From Paraspadella gotoi (lineage: Eukaryota; Animalia; Chaetognatha), in NCBI GenBank assembly GCA_051294375.1, contig CM119265.1, positions 3,682,467-3,746,466 of the forward strand: 64,000 nucleotides of DNA. Direction: 5' to 3'. A program made the position numbers and the translations under genes. Every line of letters starts with the position of its first letter. Within the stretch, counting starts at the first letter, position 1. Below, piece after piece: positions 52,215-64,000 of this stretch. The notes below the pieces were generated by a model that searched no databases, was not told the DNA's origin, and worked only from the letters and a program-made list of their open reading frames with translations.

Positions 52215-55200
52215 AGGATTGAGTCCCCAAAAGAAACTTAATTTGCATTGGTTACGACAAAACGAAGACTCAAAAATGTGAGGAGGAAAAAACGAATAAG
52301 ATTTGCCAAATGCAGATTTGAATGGCGCCGATGAACAAGCGAATGAACGAGCGAATGAACGAGCGGATGAACATAAGGATGAATGACGACTATAAACGAG
52401 CGGATGAATTATTGAGTGACTGAATAAAAGGATGAAAGTGTAAAGGAATTAATAAATGAATGAATGAATTGAACGACTGACTAAAAATATTAATTTGTGA
52501 GCTATAAGTTCCTTCTAAAAGGCAATAATCAAAATAAATTCACATATCTTTTGTTTAATTTACACAAATTTAAGATGAATAAGACCTGTAAAATATAATA
52601 AATTAATTAAGGTCATAACTCTGTGAGGAATTAGCGAAATTGGCGGGAATGTAATCTTCCAGACGTAAATGACGAGAGTCGAGAGAGAGACGCAATTTTG
52701 GCGGGAAAATCTGGAGAGACGAAGATTCTTTTCTCATCGGTCAAGATTTTTCATTTGTCAAACGAAAAGGATGATGACGAAGATGATGACGAAGATGATG
52801 ACGAAGACGTCAGACAATGATGACGAAGATGTCAGACAATGATGACGTGACGAAGATGTCAGACAATGATGACGTTAATGACGATGAAGATGACGGCGAC
52901 AACCAAGACGAAGACGATGACGAAGTCGGACAACGACGACTACAACGACGACGACGACGACGACGACGACCACGACAACGACGACGACAACGACAACGAC
53001 GACGTCGTCGTATGATTTCGGTCGGGATTCGGTTTTTGATGAATGAGACGGAAGACGATTCGATGGAGGATTATGATAGCAGACGCCAAAAAACAAGAAA
53101 AACAAGACCAGACAAAACAAAACAAAACGAAAAAAAGAATCGATGAAACAAAGAACTTTGAAATTGTTTCATAACTTGAACCTCTAATTAATTAATTAAT
53201 TAATTAAGTATTTATTTATTAATATTTATTTATTTATTTATTCATTTATTTTCTATTCTTTCCCATCTCTCTTCTCTCTCACATCTCCCTCTCCCTTTTC
53301 TCCCTCCTCCTCCTCCTCCTCCTCTTCCTCCGGCGAATATAATTTATTGCAAATTGTGTCCCTTAGGTCAGCCAATAGAAATTCCCCTGCCAGCATTTTT
53401 CCGTCGCCTTTTCCCTCTTTCCCCTTATTGCAGGGCGTCGTCCCCCTGGCCCTGCATGATTGAGCCGACGAGCTGTCGTTCGCCCTGCGTGATTTGAAGC
53501 CTTTCGGTGATATGATTATGATTATTGATGCATCAATAAGTTGGGTCAATTGCATACGGAGTTCTCGCAACGAAACGATTTGAAGTACAATACAGTAATT
53601 CCCGATCTAATACATAAGGGAGTGGTCCAGTTATATAATTAAATGAATTATTTAATTAAATGATAGGGAAGCCAGGTGCTCTGTTATTGAATAAAATAGA
53701 TTGTGAGAGAAATTGATTGTCAACTTGCGGAGCTCAACTGTGTTATTATCTTGCTTAAACCACCATGAAATGATAAATTGTATATTTACATGTATTTTAC
53801 ACAAAATTTCTAGGACAATTAAAAGCCTATTCGATTTCATCAGATTCGGATAAAAACAAACCTTTGATTTGACTCTGCAAGTTTTTCGTTTATTGGCAAA
53901 AAGACGACGACGACTCACATTTCTTCGCTTCTTTTCCTGACTTATAATTTTGGGGTGACGGTTGAGGAAAGGCTGAGAAGATCCGAATGCCAATTTACAA
54001 TCACCGATGAAGCTAATCACCGATAATGCCAATCACCAATCACGAATAAAGTCAATAACCAATGACCAATCAAGTCAATAACCAATCACCGTTCAAGCAA
54101 TAACCAATCATCAATCAAGTCAATCATATTTTTCGCAAATACATCATTTCTTTTTTGCCTCCTTTCTTTTCTCTTCTCTTCTTTTCTCTTCTCTTTTCTT
54201 CTCTTCTCTTCTCTTCTCTTCAAAGACTCGGACAGGCCAGAAAGAGAGGGGAGAGAGGGGAGAGAGAGATGAGAAAGAAGGAGATAGCAGAAGATAACAT
54301 AGAAGAAAGAGAAGAGTAAGAGAAGTAGAAGATAAAAGAAAGAGAAGAGTAAAGAAGAGAAGTAAGAAGAGAAGAGAGAGACGAGATAAAAGAGAGAAAA
54401 GGAGAAGAGTAGAGAGAAAAGATAAAAGAAGAGAAGAGAAGAGAAGAGAAAGAGTAAGAGAAGATGAGAGAAGAGAAGACGAAAGAAAGAAGAAGATAAA
54501 AGAAGAAAAGAGACCNNNNNNNNNNNNNNNNNNNNNNNNNCTACTCTTCTCTTTTCTTCTTTTATCTTCTCTTCTCTTCTTTTCTCATCTCTCTCTCCCC
54601 TCTCTCCCCTCTCTTTCTCCTGTCAGTCTTTTCCTCTTTTCCCCTCGACGCTGTCATGTTTTGAATTACATGACAACTTCGTCTTTCGTCTTTCGTTTTT
54701 TCTTCAAGACGATTTTCCGTCTTCGCGAATTCGATTTGCGGAAGATTGCTGCAATTTTCGGTATGAATGTTGCGGAAATCTAAAGCTTTTGGGTGCTGCA
54801 AACTTAAATTTGGGTCCGTTACATAGAGGAACATACTTGGATATTTTACGAATAAACTCTCTCTCTCTCTCTCTCTNNNNNNNNNNNNNNNNNNNNNNNN
54901 NNNNNNNNNNNNNNNNNNNNNNNNNNNNNNNNNNNNNNNNNNNNNNNNNNNNNNNNNNNNNNNNNNNNNNNNNNNNNNNNNNNNNNNNNNNNNNNNNNNN
55001 NNNNNNNNNNNNNNNNNNNNNCTTTCTCCCTCCATTAGCGGAGGCAAAGGGCGAAAACGCTTTCCTCTTTTTTCTTCTTTTTATTTACTTTTTTTAAATT
55101 TTCTCTTTTCTCTTCTATTCTTATTTCTGATTCATGATAATTTCTTTGTTTTTTACATGAATACAAATTTAACCCAATTCAGTTTTTTTCTTTTATAATG

Positions 55201-58200
55201 ATGCAATCGAGCTACAGTGAAATCGATCGAGTGTTGCTCTCAAAATCCTGATGAAAGAGATTCATATTATTTATAACTTTTTATCAATTTTCGTTTTATC
55301 TTTAGGCTACAGTATGTTGTATGTATGTGCTATATCAATTTTTCGTTGCATTCGAATAAAAAAACATACAGTACATGGAATTGGTATACCAATATAAAAA
55401 TTATCACTTCGGTTGTTCGAAAGCAAAACTTATAATTCTATTAAATGGCAAGATATTTTTAAATATTTTTAAAAATTATCGAAAAAGATCTCAAATTCAT
55501 TGGCCCAAATATAAGTTTTGCTTCCGAACGCTGTAATTTAATAAGTAAATATACCATACTTTTTTGCGGCTTTTAATTAATAATAATTGAACTAATACTT
55601 TTTTCTCTCACCTCTTCCCGACCCCCACTCTTTTTTTCTCTCANNNNNNNNNNNNNNNNNNNNNNNNNNNNNNNNNNNNNNNNNNNNNNNNNNNNNNNNN
55701 NNNNNNNNNNNNNNNNNNNNNNNNNNNNNNNNNNNNNNNNNNNNNNNNNNNNNNNNNNNNNNNNNNNNNNNNNNNNNNNNNNNNNNNNNNNNNNNNNNNN
55801 NNNNNNNNNNNNNNNNNNNNNNNNNNNNNNNNNNNNNNNNNNNNNNNNNNNNNNNNNNNNNNNNNNNNNNNNNNNNNNNNNNNNNNNNNNNNNNNNNNNN
55901 NNNNNNNNNNNNNNNNNNNNNNNNNNNNNNNNNNNNNNNNNNNNNNNNNNNNNNNNNNNNNNNNNNNNNNNNNNNTTCATCTTCCTCCTTCTCCTCTTCC
56001 CCCTCCTCCTCCTCTTCCTCTTCTCTTCAATATTTCGTCTCTTCATTCAAATGACATCGCAGGTAGAGTAGATTCCTTTTATTCGTCTATCAATATACAA
56101 AATTAATCAAAAAATTGCTCGCTTTAATAGCAGCTTAGTTTCACGATATTTCGTTATAATTTATTTTCACTCTCTCCGTCCTAAAAACCTAATACATCGA
56201 GTCTCAAAATTAACTCTCGAAAACCCTAGATGTGAGAAAGAGAGAGAGGGAGAGAGAGGGAGNNNNNNNNNNNNNNNNNNNNNNNNNAAAGACTCGGACA
56301 GGCCAGAAAGAGAGGGGAGAGAGGGGAGAGAGAGATGAGAAAGAAGGAGATAGCAGAAGATAACATAGAAGAAAGAGAAGAGTAAGAGAAGTAGAAGATA
56401 AAAGAAAGAGAAGAGTAAAGAAGAGAAGTAAGAAGAGAAGAGAGAGACGAGATAAAAGAGAGAAAAGGAGAAGAGTAGAGAGAAAAGATAAAAGAAGAGA
56501 AGAGAAGAGAAGAGAAAGAGTAAGAGAAGATGAGAGAAGAGAAGACGAAAGAAAGAAGAAGATAAAAGAAGAAAAGAGACCGAGAAGAGAAGAGAAGAGA
56601 AAAGAAGAGAAAGAGAACAGAAGAGAGAACAAGAGAAGAGAAAAGAAGAGAAGAGAAAAGAAAGGAGGCAAAAAAATTAAATGATGTATTTGCGACCAAA
56701 TATGTATTGACGTTGATTGTATGATTGGTTTATTGCTTGAACGGTGATTGTTTTGACTTGATTTGGTCATTGGTTATTGACTTTATTCGTGATTGGTGAT
56801 TGGCTATATCGGTGATTAGCTCATCGGGATTGGGTAAATTGGGCATTCGGATCTTCTCAGCCTTTCCTCACCGTCACCGCAAATATTATAAGTCCGCGAA
56901 ATTGAAGCCGAAGAAATGGTGAGTCGTTCGTCGTCTTTTGCCAAATCAACCGAAAACTTGCAGAGTCAAATCAAAGGTTTGTTTTTATCCCGCACATCTT
57001 GATGAAATCGGCATAGGCTTTTATCTTGTCCTGAGAAATTTTGTGTAAAAATACATGGCTAAAGTATACAATTTTATCATTTTCATGGTGTTTAAAGCAA
57101 GGTAATACGCAACAGTTGAGCTCCGCAAGTTGACAATCAAATTTGCTCTTTCAGTGAATGCGTATTTTATTCAATACAGAGCACTGTCTGGCTTCCCTAG
57201 TCTCTTTAATTAATAATTCATTTAGATGTATATTAACGTGGACTCACGTCCCTTATTGTACTTAGATCGGAATTACTGTCTTGTTTGATTTCATAATCGT
57301 TTCTGCGTAGAATCGATGCATTGACCAACTTATTTGATGGGCATAATAATCAATAATCAATATCACCGAAATGCTTCAAATTCACGGCAGGGCGAGACGA
57401 GCAGCTCGGTCGGCTCAAATGTGCATGCAGGGGCCATGGGGGACGGTACGCCCCTGCAATAAGGGGAAATGAGGGAAACGAGGCGACGGGAAAATGCTGG
57501 CAAGGGGGAATTCTCTATTTGCTGACCCTAAGGGACAGCAAGTTTTGCAATAAATTAAATATTCGCTCGGAGGAAGAGGAGGGAGGAGGAGGAGGAGGGG
57601 AAAAGGGATGAGGGAGATTGAGACGAGATAGAGGAGCATGGGAAAGAAAGAAAATATAACTGAATAAATAAATAAATTAAATATTATAAATAAATACTTA
57701 ATTAATTAATTAAGTTATTAGAGGTTCAATGTTTGAAACAATGGTTCAATAGTTCTTTTTGTTTCCTACATCGATTCTTTTTTTCGTTTTGTTTTGTTAT
57801 TTGTCGGTCTTGTTTTTTTCTTGTTTTTTTGGCGTCTGCTATATAATCCTCGCCATCGAGAATCGTTTCCGTGTCATTCTCAGACAACGAATGCCCTGAC
57901 CGAAATCATGACCGACACGTCGTTCGTTTTGTCTGTTGTCGTGTCGTCGTTGGTCGTGGTGCGTCGTCGTCGTCGTCGTCGTTGTATCGTCGTCGTTGTC
58001 CGACTTCGTCATCGTCTTCGTCTTTGGTTGTCGGCCTTCATTTCATCGTTCATTTAACGTAAATCAATTGTCTGACATCTTCGTCACGTGCATCAGTTGT
58101 CTGACATCTTCGTCATCTATTGTCTGACGTCTTCGTCATCAATCTTCGTCATCATCTTTCCGTCGATATTCCTTTCGTTTGACCAAATGAAAATTCTTGA

Positions 58201-58775
58201 CTGACTGAGAAAAGATATCTTCGTTTTCTCTCCAGATTTTCTCCGGCCAAAGTATTGCGTGCCTCTCTCGTCGACTCTCGTTATTTACGTCTGGAAGATT
58301 TACATTCCCTGCAATTTCGCTGAATATCCGTCAACAGAGTTATTGAACCGTTAATTAATTTATTATAGTGTTTACAGGTCCTTATTCATCTTAATAAGGT
58401 TTGTGTAAATTCACACAATAGAGTATGTGAATTTTTAATTTGTGTTATTGCTTTTAGGAAAGGGAATTATAGCTTCACAATTAATATTTCTTTAGCTCCA
58501 GGTCGTTCAATTTTCATTCATTCTTTATTAATTCTCCTTTACACTTTCATCCTTTTATTCAGGTCCCTTGCAATAATCATCCGCATCGTTTATAGTCGTC
58601 CATTTATCTTATGTTATCAGTACCGCTCGTTTTCGCTCGTTCAATTTCCTTTGTTCATCGGGCCATCTCAAATCTGCATTTGGAACTCTTATCGTTTTTT
58701 CTCTCCTCAAATTGTTTGAGTCTTCCGGTTTGGTTCGAACCAATTTGCAAGATTAAAGGTTTCTTTTGGGGCCCA
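52215..58775. repeat. Inverted duplication (~52215-54160 vs ~56605-58775) plus direct copy 54222-54515 = 56288-56581
   Basis: Reverse-complement match with heavy indel noise in the distal copy; 25-N gaps at 54516 and 56263. Confidence 0.85.
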
Positions 58776-59319
58776 AATCTTTTTTTCTCCTTCTCTCTTT
58801 CTCTCTCTCTCTCTATCTCTCTCTCTCTCTTCTCTCTCTTCACTCGTCTCTCTCTCTCTCTCTTTCTTCGCTCTGTTCCTCGTGTTCTCCTAAATTGCAT
58901 TTTCTTACATACGAACCTCGAGAATTCCAAATTCACTCATTCTGAATCGACGGACATTCAATTCGTCGTTCGTTCGTTCGTTCGTTCGTCGTTCGTTCGC
59001 TTCGTTCTTCCATTCGTTCCTTCGTCGTTTCGTTCGTTCGTTCGTTTGTTCTTCCTTCGTTCGTTCCCTCCCTTGTTTGTATGTTTATATTGAACCCATA
59101 TTTTTCAAAGCTTTCTCAATCTTTCCCAACAATGAATTAGATTTCCCATCAATCAAATCCCCATCATCTCATGGCTTCCCACTAATCAATTTCGCTCCCA
59201 ATTTATCTCTCTTTTCCCACAAATCGGTTTTCAACCATTTTTTCTTTTTTCTTTTTTCTTTTTTTTCTTTTTGCGTGTTTCGTAACTGGGTGAAGGGCGA
59301 CGCCCCTTGAGTGTAAAAA

Positions 59320-60195
59320 AACCAGTTTGAGCAAACAATGTCGGATCTGCCAACGATAATTAAGCGGTAATCAGCTAATCAGATAATAAATGACAATAAT
59401 ACTTTCAATTTGTGATCATAACAGATTGTACCATACCAAACCAATGGCAGCGCTTATACATGTCAATCACTTGCAAGGGATTAAACTGAACTGTTACTAT
59501 GGTACAAACAAACTATTATTATTTTTTCAACTTTTATTTTTTTCAACTTGAAACAGGCATAATTTTTTCAACTTGCACCAATTTTTTCAATTCAATTAAT
59601 TACGAAATTAATCAACTAATTAAAACATTTATGAGTAAACATAAATAATAAAATTTCAAGTCAACTTGACTTTGGTTTTTTTTTTAGGCAAACTCATTTC
59701 CACTCCTCGATTCCATCTAAACTTTATATTCTGCTTAATCACACATTTTTCTTACCCACACACAAAATTTCATCTCATTCTATACATCCAATTATGAATA
59801 ATTTGAGTAATTATGGGTTAAAATTAGTAAAAATATTCAAGGAAATGTGACTTATTTTTTTTTCAATTTAAACTAATTTACACTCGCACGATTTCATCGA
59901 AATCTTATATCCAGGTTTATCACACACTTTCCCACCCACACACAAAATTTCATCTCAATTATCCACTCAATTATTATTAATTAGTGTAATTATGGGTTTA
60001 AATTAGTAAAAATATTCAAGTAAAAGTGACTTATGTTTTTTTCCATTTAAACTCATTTCCACTCGCACAATTCCGTCAAAACTTTATATCCAACTCAATC
60101 ACACACTTTCCTACCCACACAAGATTGAGGGGGCGGACAGATGAACCGACAAAGTGAAGTATAGAGCCGGAATCTGCTGTAAGCAGATCCGGCTA
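59320..60195 (+). mobile_element. Second HINE-like element of the same family
   Basis: Same ends (gtttgagcaaacaatgtcggatctgc ... tatagagccggaatctgctgtaagcagatccgg) with three internal tandem units. Confidence 0.65.
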
Positions 60196-61508
60196 NNNNN
60201 NNNNNNNNNNNNNNNNNNNNNNNNNNNNNNNNNNNNNNNNNNNNNNNNNNNNNNNNNNNNNNNNNNNNNNNNNNNNNNNNNNNNNNNNNNNNNNNNNNNN
60301 NNNNNNNNNNNNNNNNNNNNNNNNNNNNNNNNNNNNNNNNNNTTGTAAACAAAGGACATCTTTCCATGAAATTGGTCGGACCAGACTAATATTAAAATTA
60401 ATATTGCTTCCGACTTTGGACACAGTCTAATAAAAAATCATGTTAATAACATCTGTAATAAATGCATCTTCAAATTAGAATACATACATATATATATGTA
60501 TTTATATATATATAAACTACAAAAAATGTTAACGTCATAAATAATGAGGTTACTGGGTTCGANNNNNNNNNNNNNNNNNNNNNNNNNNNNNNNNNNNNNN
60601 NNNNNNNNNNNNNNNNNNNNNNNNNNNNNNNNNNNNNNNNNNNNNNNNNNNNNNNNNNNNNNNNNNNNNNNNNNNNNNNNNNNNNNNNNNNNNNNNNNNN
60701 NNNNNNNNNNNNNNNNNNNNNNNNNNNNNNNNNNNNNNNNNNNNNNNNNNNNNNNNTGACGGGTTGGGGGTGAGATCGAATAGGGTTAGGAGTTTCGTGT
60801 TTGGTCTTTCATAAAATGTATACAAACAGAAAAACAAACGTTAACAATAATAATTATCTATGAGATTATTTTAAAGTTGTTGTACAAATAAATTCGTACA
60901 TTATTTTCCGTTAACAATAATCTCGTCGGAAATCGTTCATGACCTGTTTGAAAAATAGTTGAAATATGGGGATAACCAAAACATTATCGAAATTCGCGAA
61001 CATTTTCCTATCTGCTCTCCTGTTCTCCTATCTGTTCTCCTTCTTCGGTAACCAAAACATTCTAGCAATTCACGAACATTCTCCTATCTGTTCTCCTGTT
61101 CTCCTATCTGTTCTCCTGTTCTCCTATTTGTTCCACCCAAATATTTTAGGAAGACCCATTGTTGTTAATATCTCGTGAGAGGGATGGATGCCACAACGCA
61201 CCCATCGCCTTTCTAAAGTAAGGGGCGAGATAAATTTGTTATTATATGAATAGTTTTATTTTTAATTCTTCTCGAATAAAATGGACAAAGTTTGTCTTGA
61301 CGGCAGAGACGGTGTGATGAATGCCAATACAGTGTTTCTACAAGTATACTGTCCGGGCAAATTGCTGTAAAAATTGGCACGGTACAATCCATATTTGAGG
61401 ATGTGTGTCTGCACACTAAGTCCGAGTGTGCGCGAGATAGAGCTTGTCCCCGGAGTCCCGAGATGGGCCATCATTGATTTTTGGCGCGAAGATAATCGAG
61501 TCGGCGTG

Positions 61509-61638
<130 letters not shown>

Positions 61639-61829
61639 TCGATGGATAATTAAAAAAACTCAATTTTGTTGCGAGTTTCAGTTGCGGTTGCGGCTGGAAG
61701 AAAATGTTGCTGTTGTTTTTAAAAATAATGCATTTTGTTAGCATTTAATTATTGAAATCTTTATTAATAAATTCAGTTACTGCATAACACTAAGTAAATT
61801 TGTATCGTTATCTATTTATCAATCTATTC

Positions 61830-61952
<123 letters not shown>

Positions 61953-63327
61953 CAGTTATCTATTCATCTATCTATTTAATTATCGATTTATCTCTCTAAG
62001 TTAAATTCTAATTATATTCTTAACGTTTCAGCTGAAAGGCTAATCTTTTGTTTCCCTCGGAAAATCTCCTAGCATTTTGGTTTCAACAAACTTTGTGAGA
62101 TGTCGCTGTTGCTTGGGTGCCTCCGTGTTTCTTAAATATGAACAAAAGATCAGAAAAAATTCGAGCTTCGCAGTAACTTTTACGGCTTCAAAAAAAGTAG
62201 TTCAATAATAGAATTTTCAACTTGTTTTCATTAAAGTGCTGAATACTCTAAACTGCAGATAACATACTACAATTATAGCTGTTTTCTACTGATGAATAAT
62301 TAATTATTGAAGTAAGCGACGTAGGTAATAACTCATAACTCATATCTAATTATTATTATTGTAAATTTTTTTCAATTTAACTTGGGTTAACAAATTAATG
62401 ACTTCCGATCACCAAAAATTGTTTCCGTAACTAAACTTTTTTCTCAATTAATTAACTAATTTTCATTGTCTAAATCTAAACTAATGGCGATGTGAGCATA
62501 TAATAATGACAGAATAATTTCATGTTCAGTTTAAATTAAAATTAATTTGAATTAAAACCTAAACTTGATTTATCACAGTGAGGAATTAGAAATGCATTCA
62601 ATTAAATTTTATTTGACCTTTCTTTATTCCAAATAAGATCCTTAACATTTAAAAAAAAAAGTTCAAAAAGCAATAAAGACTTGACTAATACAAAAGCCGT
62701 CGTTCTTTTGTTCAAAACGCTCACCCATTCCCTAAATAGCATAGTGCCTCCGCGCACAGTGCCTCCGCGCACAGTGNNNNNNNNNNNNNNNNNNNNNNNN
62801 NNNNNNNNNNNNNNNNNNNNNNNNNNNNNNNNNNNNNNNNNNNNNNNNNNNNNNNNNNNNNNNNNNNNNNNNNNNNNNNNNNNNNNNNNNNNNNNNNNNN
62901 NNNNNNNNNNNNNNNNNNNNNNNNNNNNNNNNNNNNNNNNNNNNNNNNNNNNNNNNNNNNNNNNNNNNNNNNNNNNNNNNNNNNNNNNNNNNNNNNNNNN
63001 NNNNNNNNNNNNNNNNNNNNNNNNNNNNNNNNNNNNNNNNNNNNNNNNNNNNNNNNNNNNNNNNNNNNNNNNNNNNNNNNNNNNNNNNNNNNNNNNNNNN
63101 NNNNNNNNNNNNNNNNNNNNNNNNNNNNNNNNNNNNNNNNNNNACTCCCTAACACAAATCCTCATTTTCCGGCCCCAGGGCCTAATTTCTAAAATCATCC
63201 CCCGCAGCCATTAAAATCATTTAAAAAGGCAGTAGGGAACAGAGGAGCCGAAGGCACAAAAAACCTCTTTCGCTTCTTGTCTCGCTCTCTCGCTTCTCTC
63301 TCTCGCTCTCTTTAGCGGCTTCAAGCC

Positions 63328-63413
<86 letters not shown>

Positions 63414-63772
63414 ATACTTACTGGTCAATAAAGGTGTGTGAAACGATTTCATAATGACTTTTCTTTTTTCTGCTCCTCATAAAGCAAAGTACCAACTACT
63501 GTTTTTGTAAGCATTTGAACGGATCATAATTCTATTTCGCATCTTTCATTATCCACAATATCTTACTACATTACCAATATGATTAACTCCTCTTCAAAAA
63601 AACCCTCATTTTCTCTCTCCTCTTCCTTTTTCTTTTTCTTTTTCTTTTCCCCTTTTCCTTTTTCCTTTTCCCTAATTCTTAACTTGCATCACTTGAAAAA
63701 AAATTCAAAACAATTTGCAAAGGAGACAAGACCTCATTTCACCGGAGGAAGGATCCACCCTTTCACGCAATT

Positions 63773-63824
<52 letters not shown>

Positions 63825-63826
63825 TT

Positions 63827-63866
<40 letters not shown>

Positions 63867-64000
63867 TCCATACTCTTTCCTTTTCTCTCTTATTTTTGTT
63901 ATTTATTTTTGTTCTTAACTTGAGTTCCCCCATTTCAATTTGTTAACAATCATCATTTAATCTTTTTCTTATATATTATTTATTCCTCTTTCCTTACTTT

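Noticed and set aside
50380-52260. GC-rich islands with short ORFs (50322-50674, 51817-52281)
   Set aside because: No recognisable protein motif or phase-consistent exon chain. May be promoter or 5' UTR sequence but cannot be supported.
52215-58775. Giant inverted repeat as a hairpin-RNA locus or foldback element
   Set aside because: The distal arm has raw-read-like indel noise and abuts 25-N gaps; most likely an assembly artefact.

Overview
Eukaryotic, almost certainly invertebrate animal, genomic DNA: AT-rich, with short GT-AG introns, very dense (GA)n/(TTTC)n/(GAC)n microsatellites and many assembly gaps. Most long ORFs in the track are microsatellite translations. Hand splicing gives: (1) an 11+-exon ankyrin-repeat/SOCS-box (ASB-like) gene on the minus strand (13735 to <480); (2) a complete 8-exon UDP-glycosyltransferase nested on the same strand in ASB intron 6, apparently lacking the His/Asp catalytic dyad and carrying a mucin-like N-terminal extension; (3) a frameshifted Penelope-like retroelement (RT with an atypical KADD motif plus GIY-YIG) in ASB intron 1, bounded by ~540-bp direct repeats that each hold a hammerhead ribozyme core; (4) a divergent plus-strand low-complexity orphan protein ending in an AKAP-like helix and a PDZ-binding motif; (5) a small two-exon secreted-peptide gene with a duplicated exon; (6) a chain of small and micro exons of another minus-strand gene; (7) Tc1, hAT-MITE and Helentron-type remnants and a retroposed CCA-tailed tRNA-Leu 3' half. 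The large tandem and inverted duplications between 17.5 and 59 kb flank exact 25-N gaps and are probably gap-filling or haplotype artefacts. All calls come from reading the sequence; no database searches were run.
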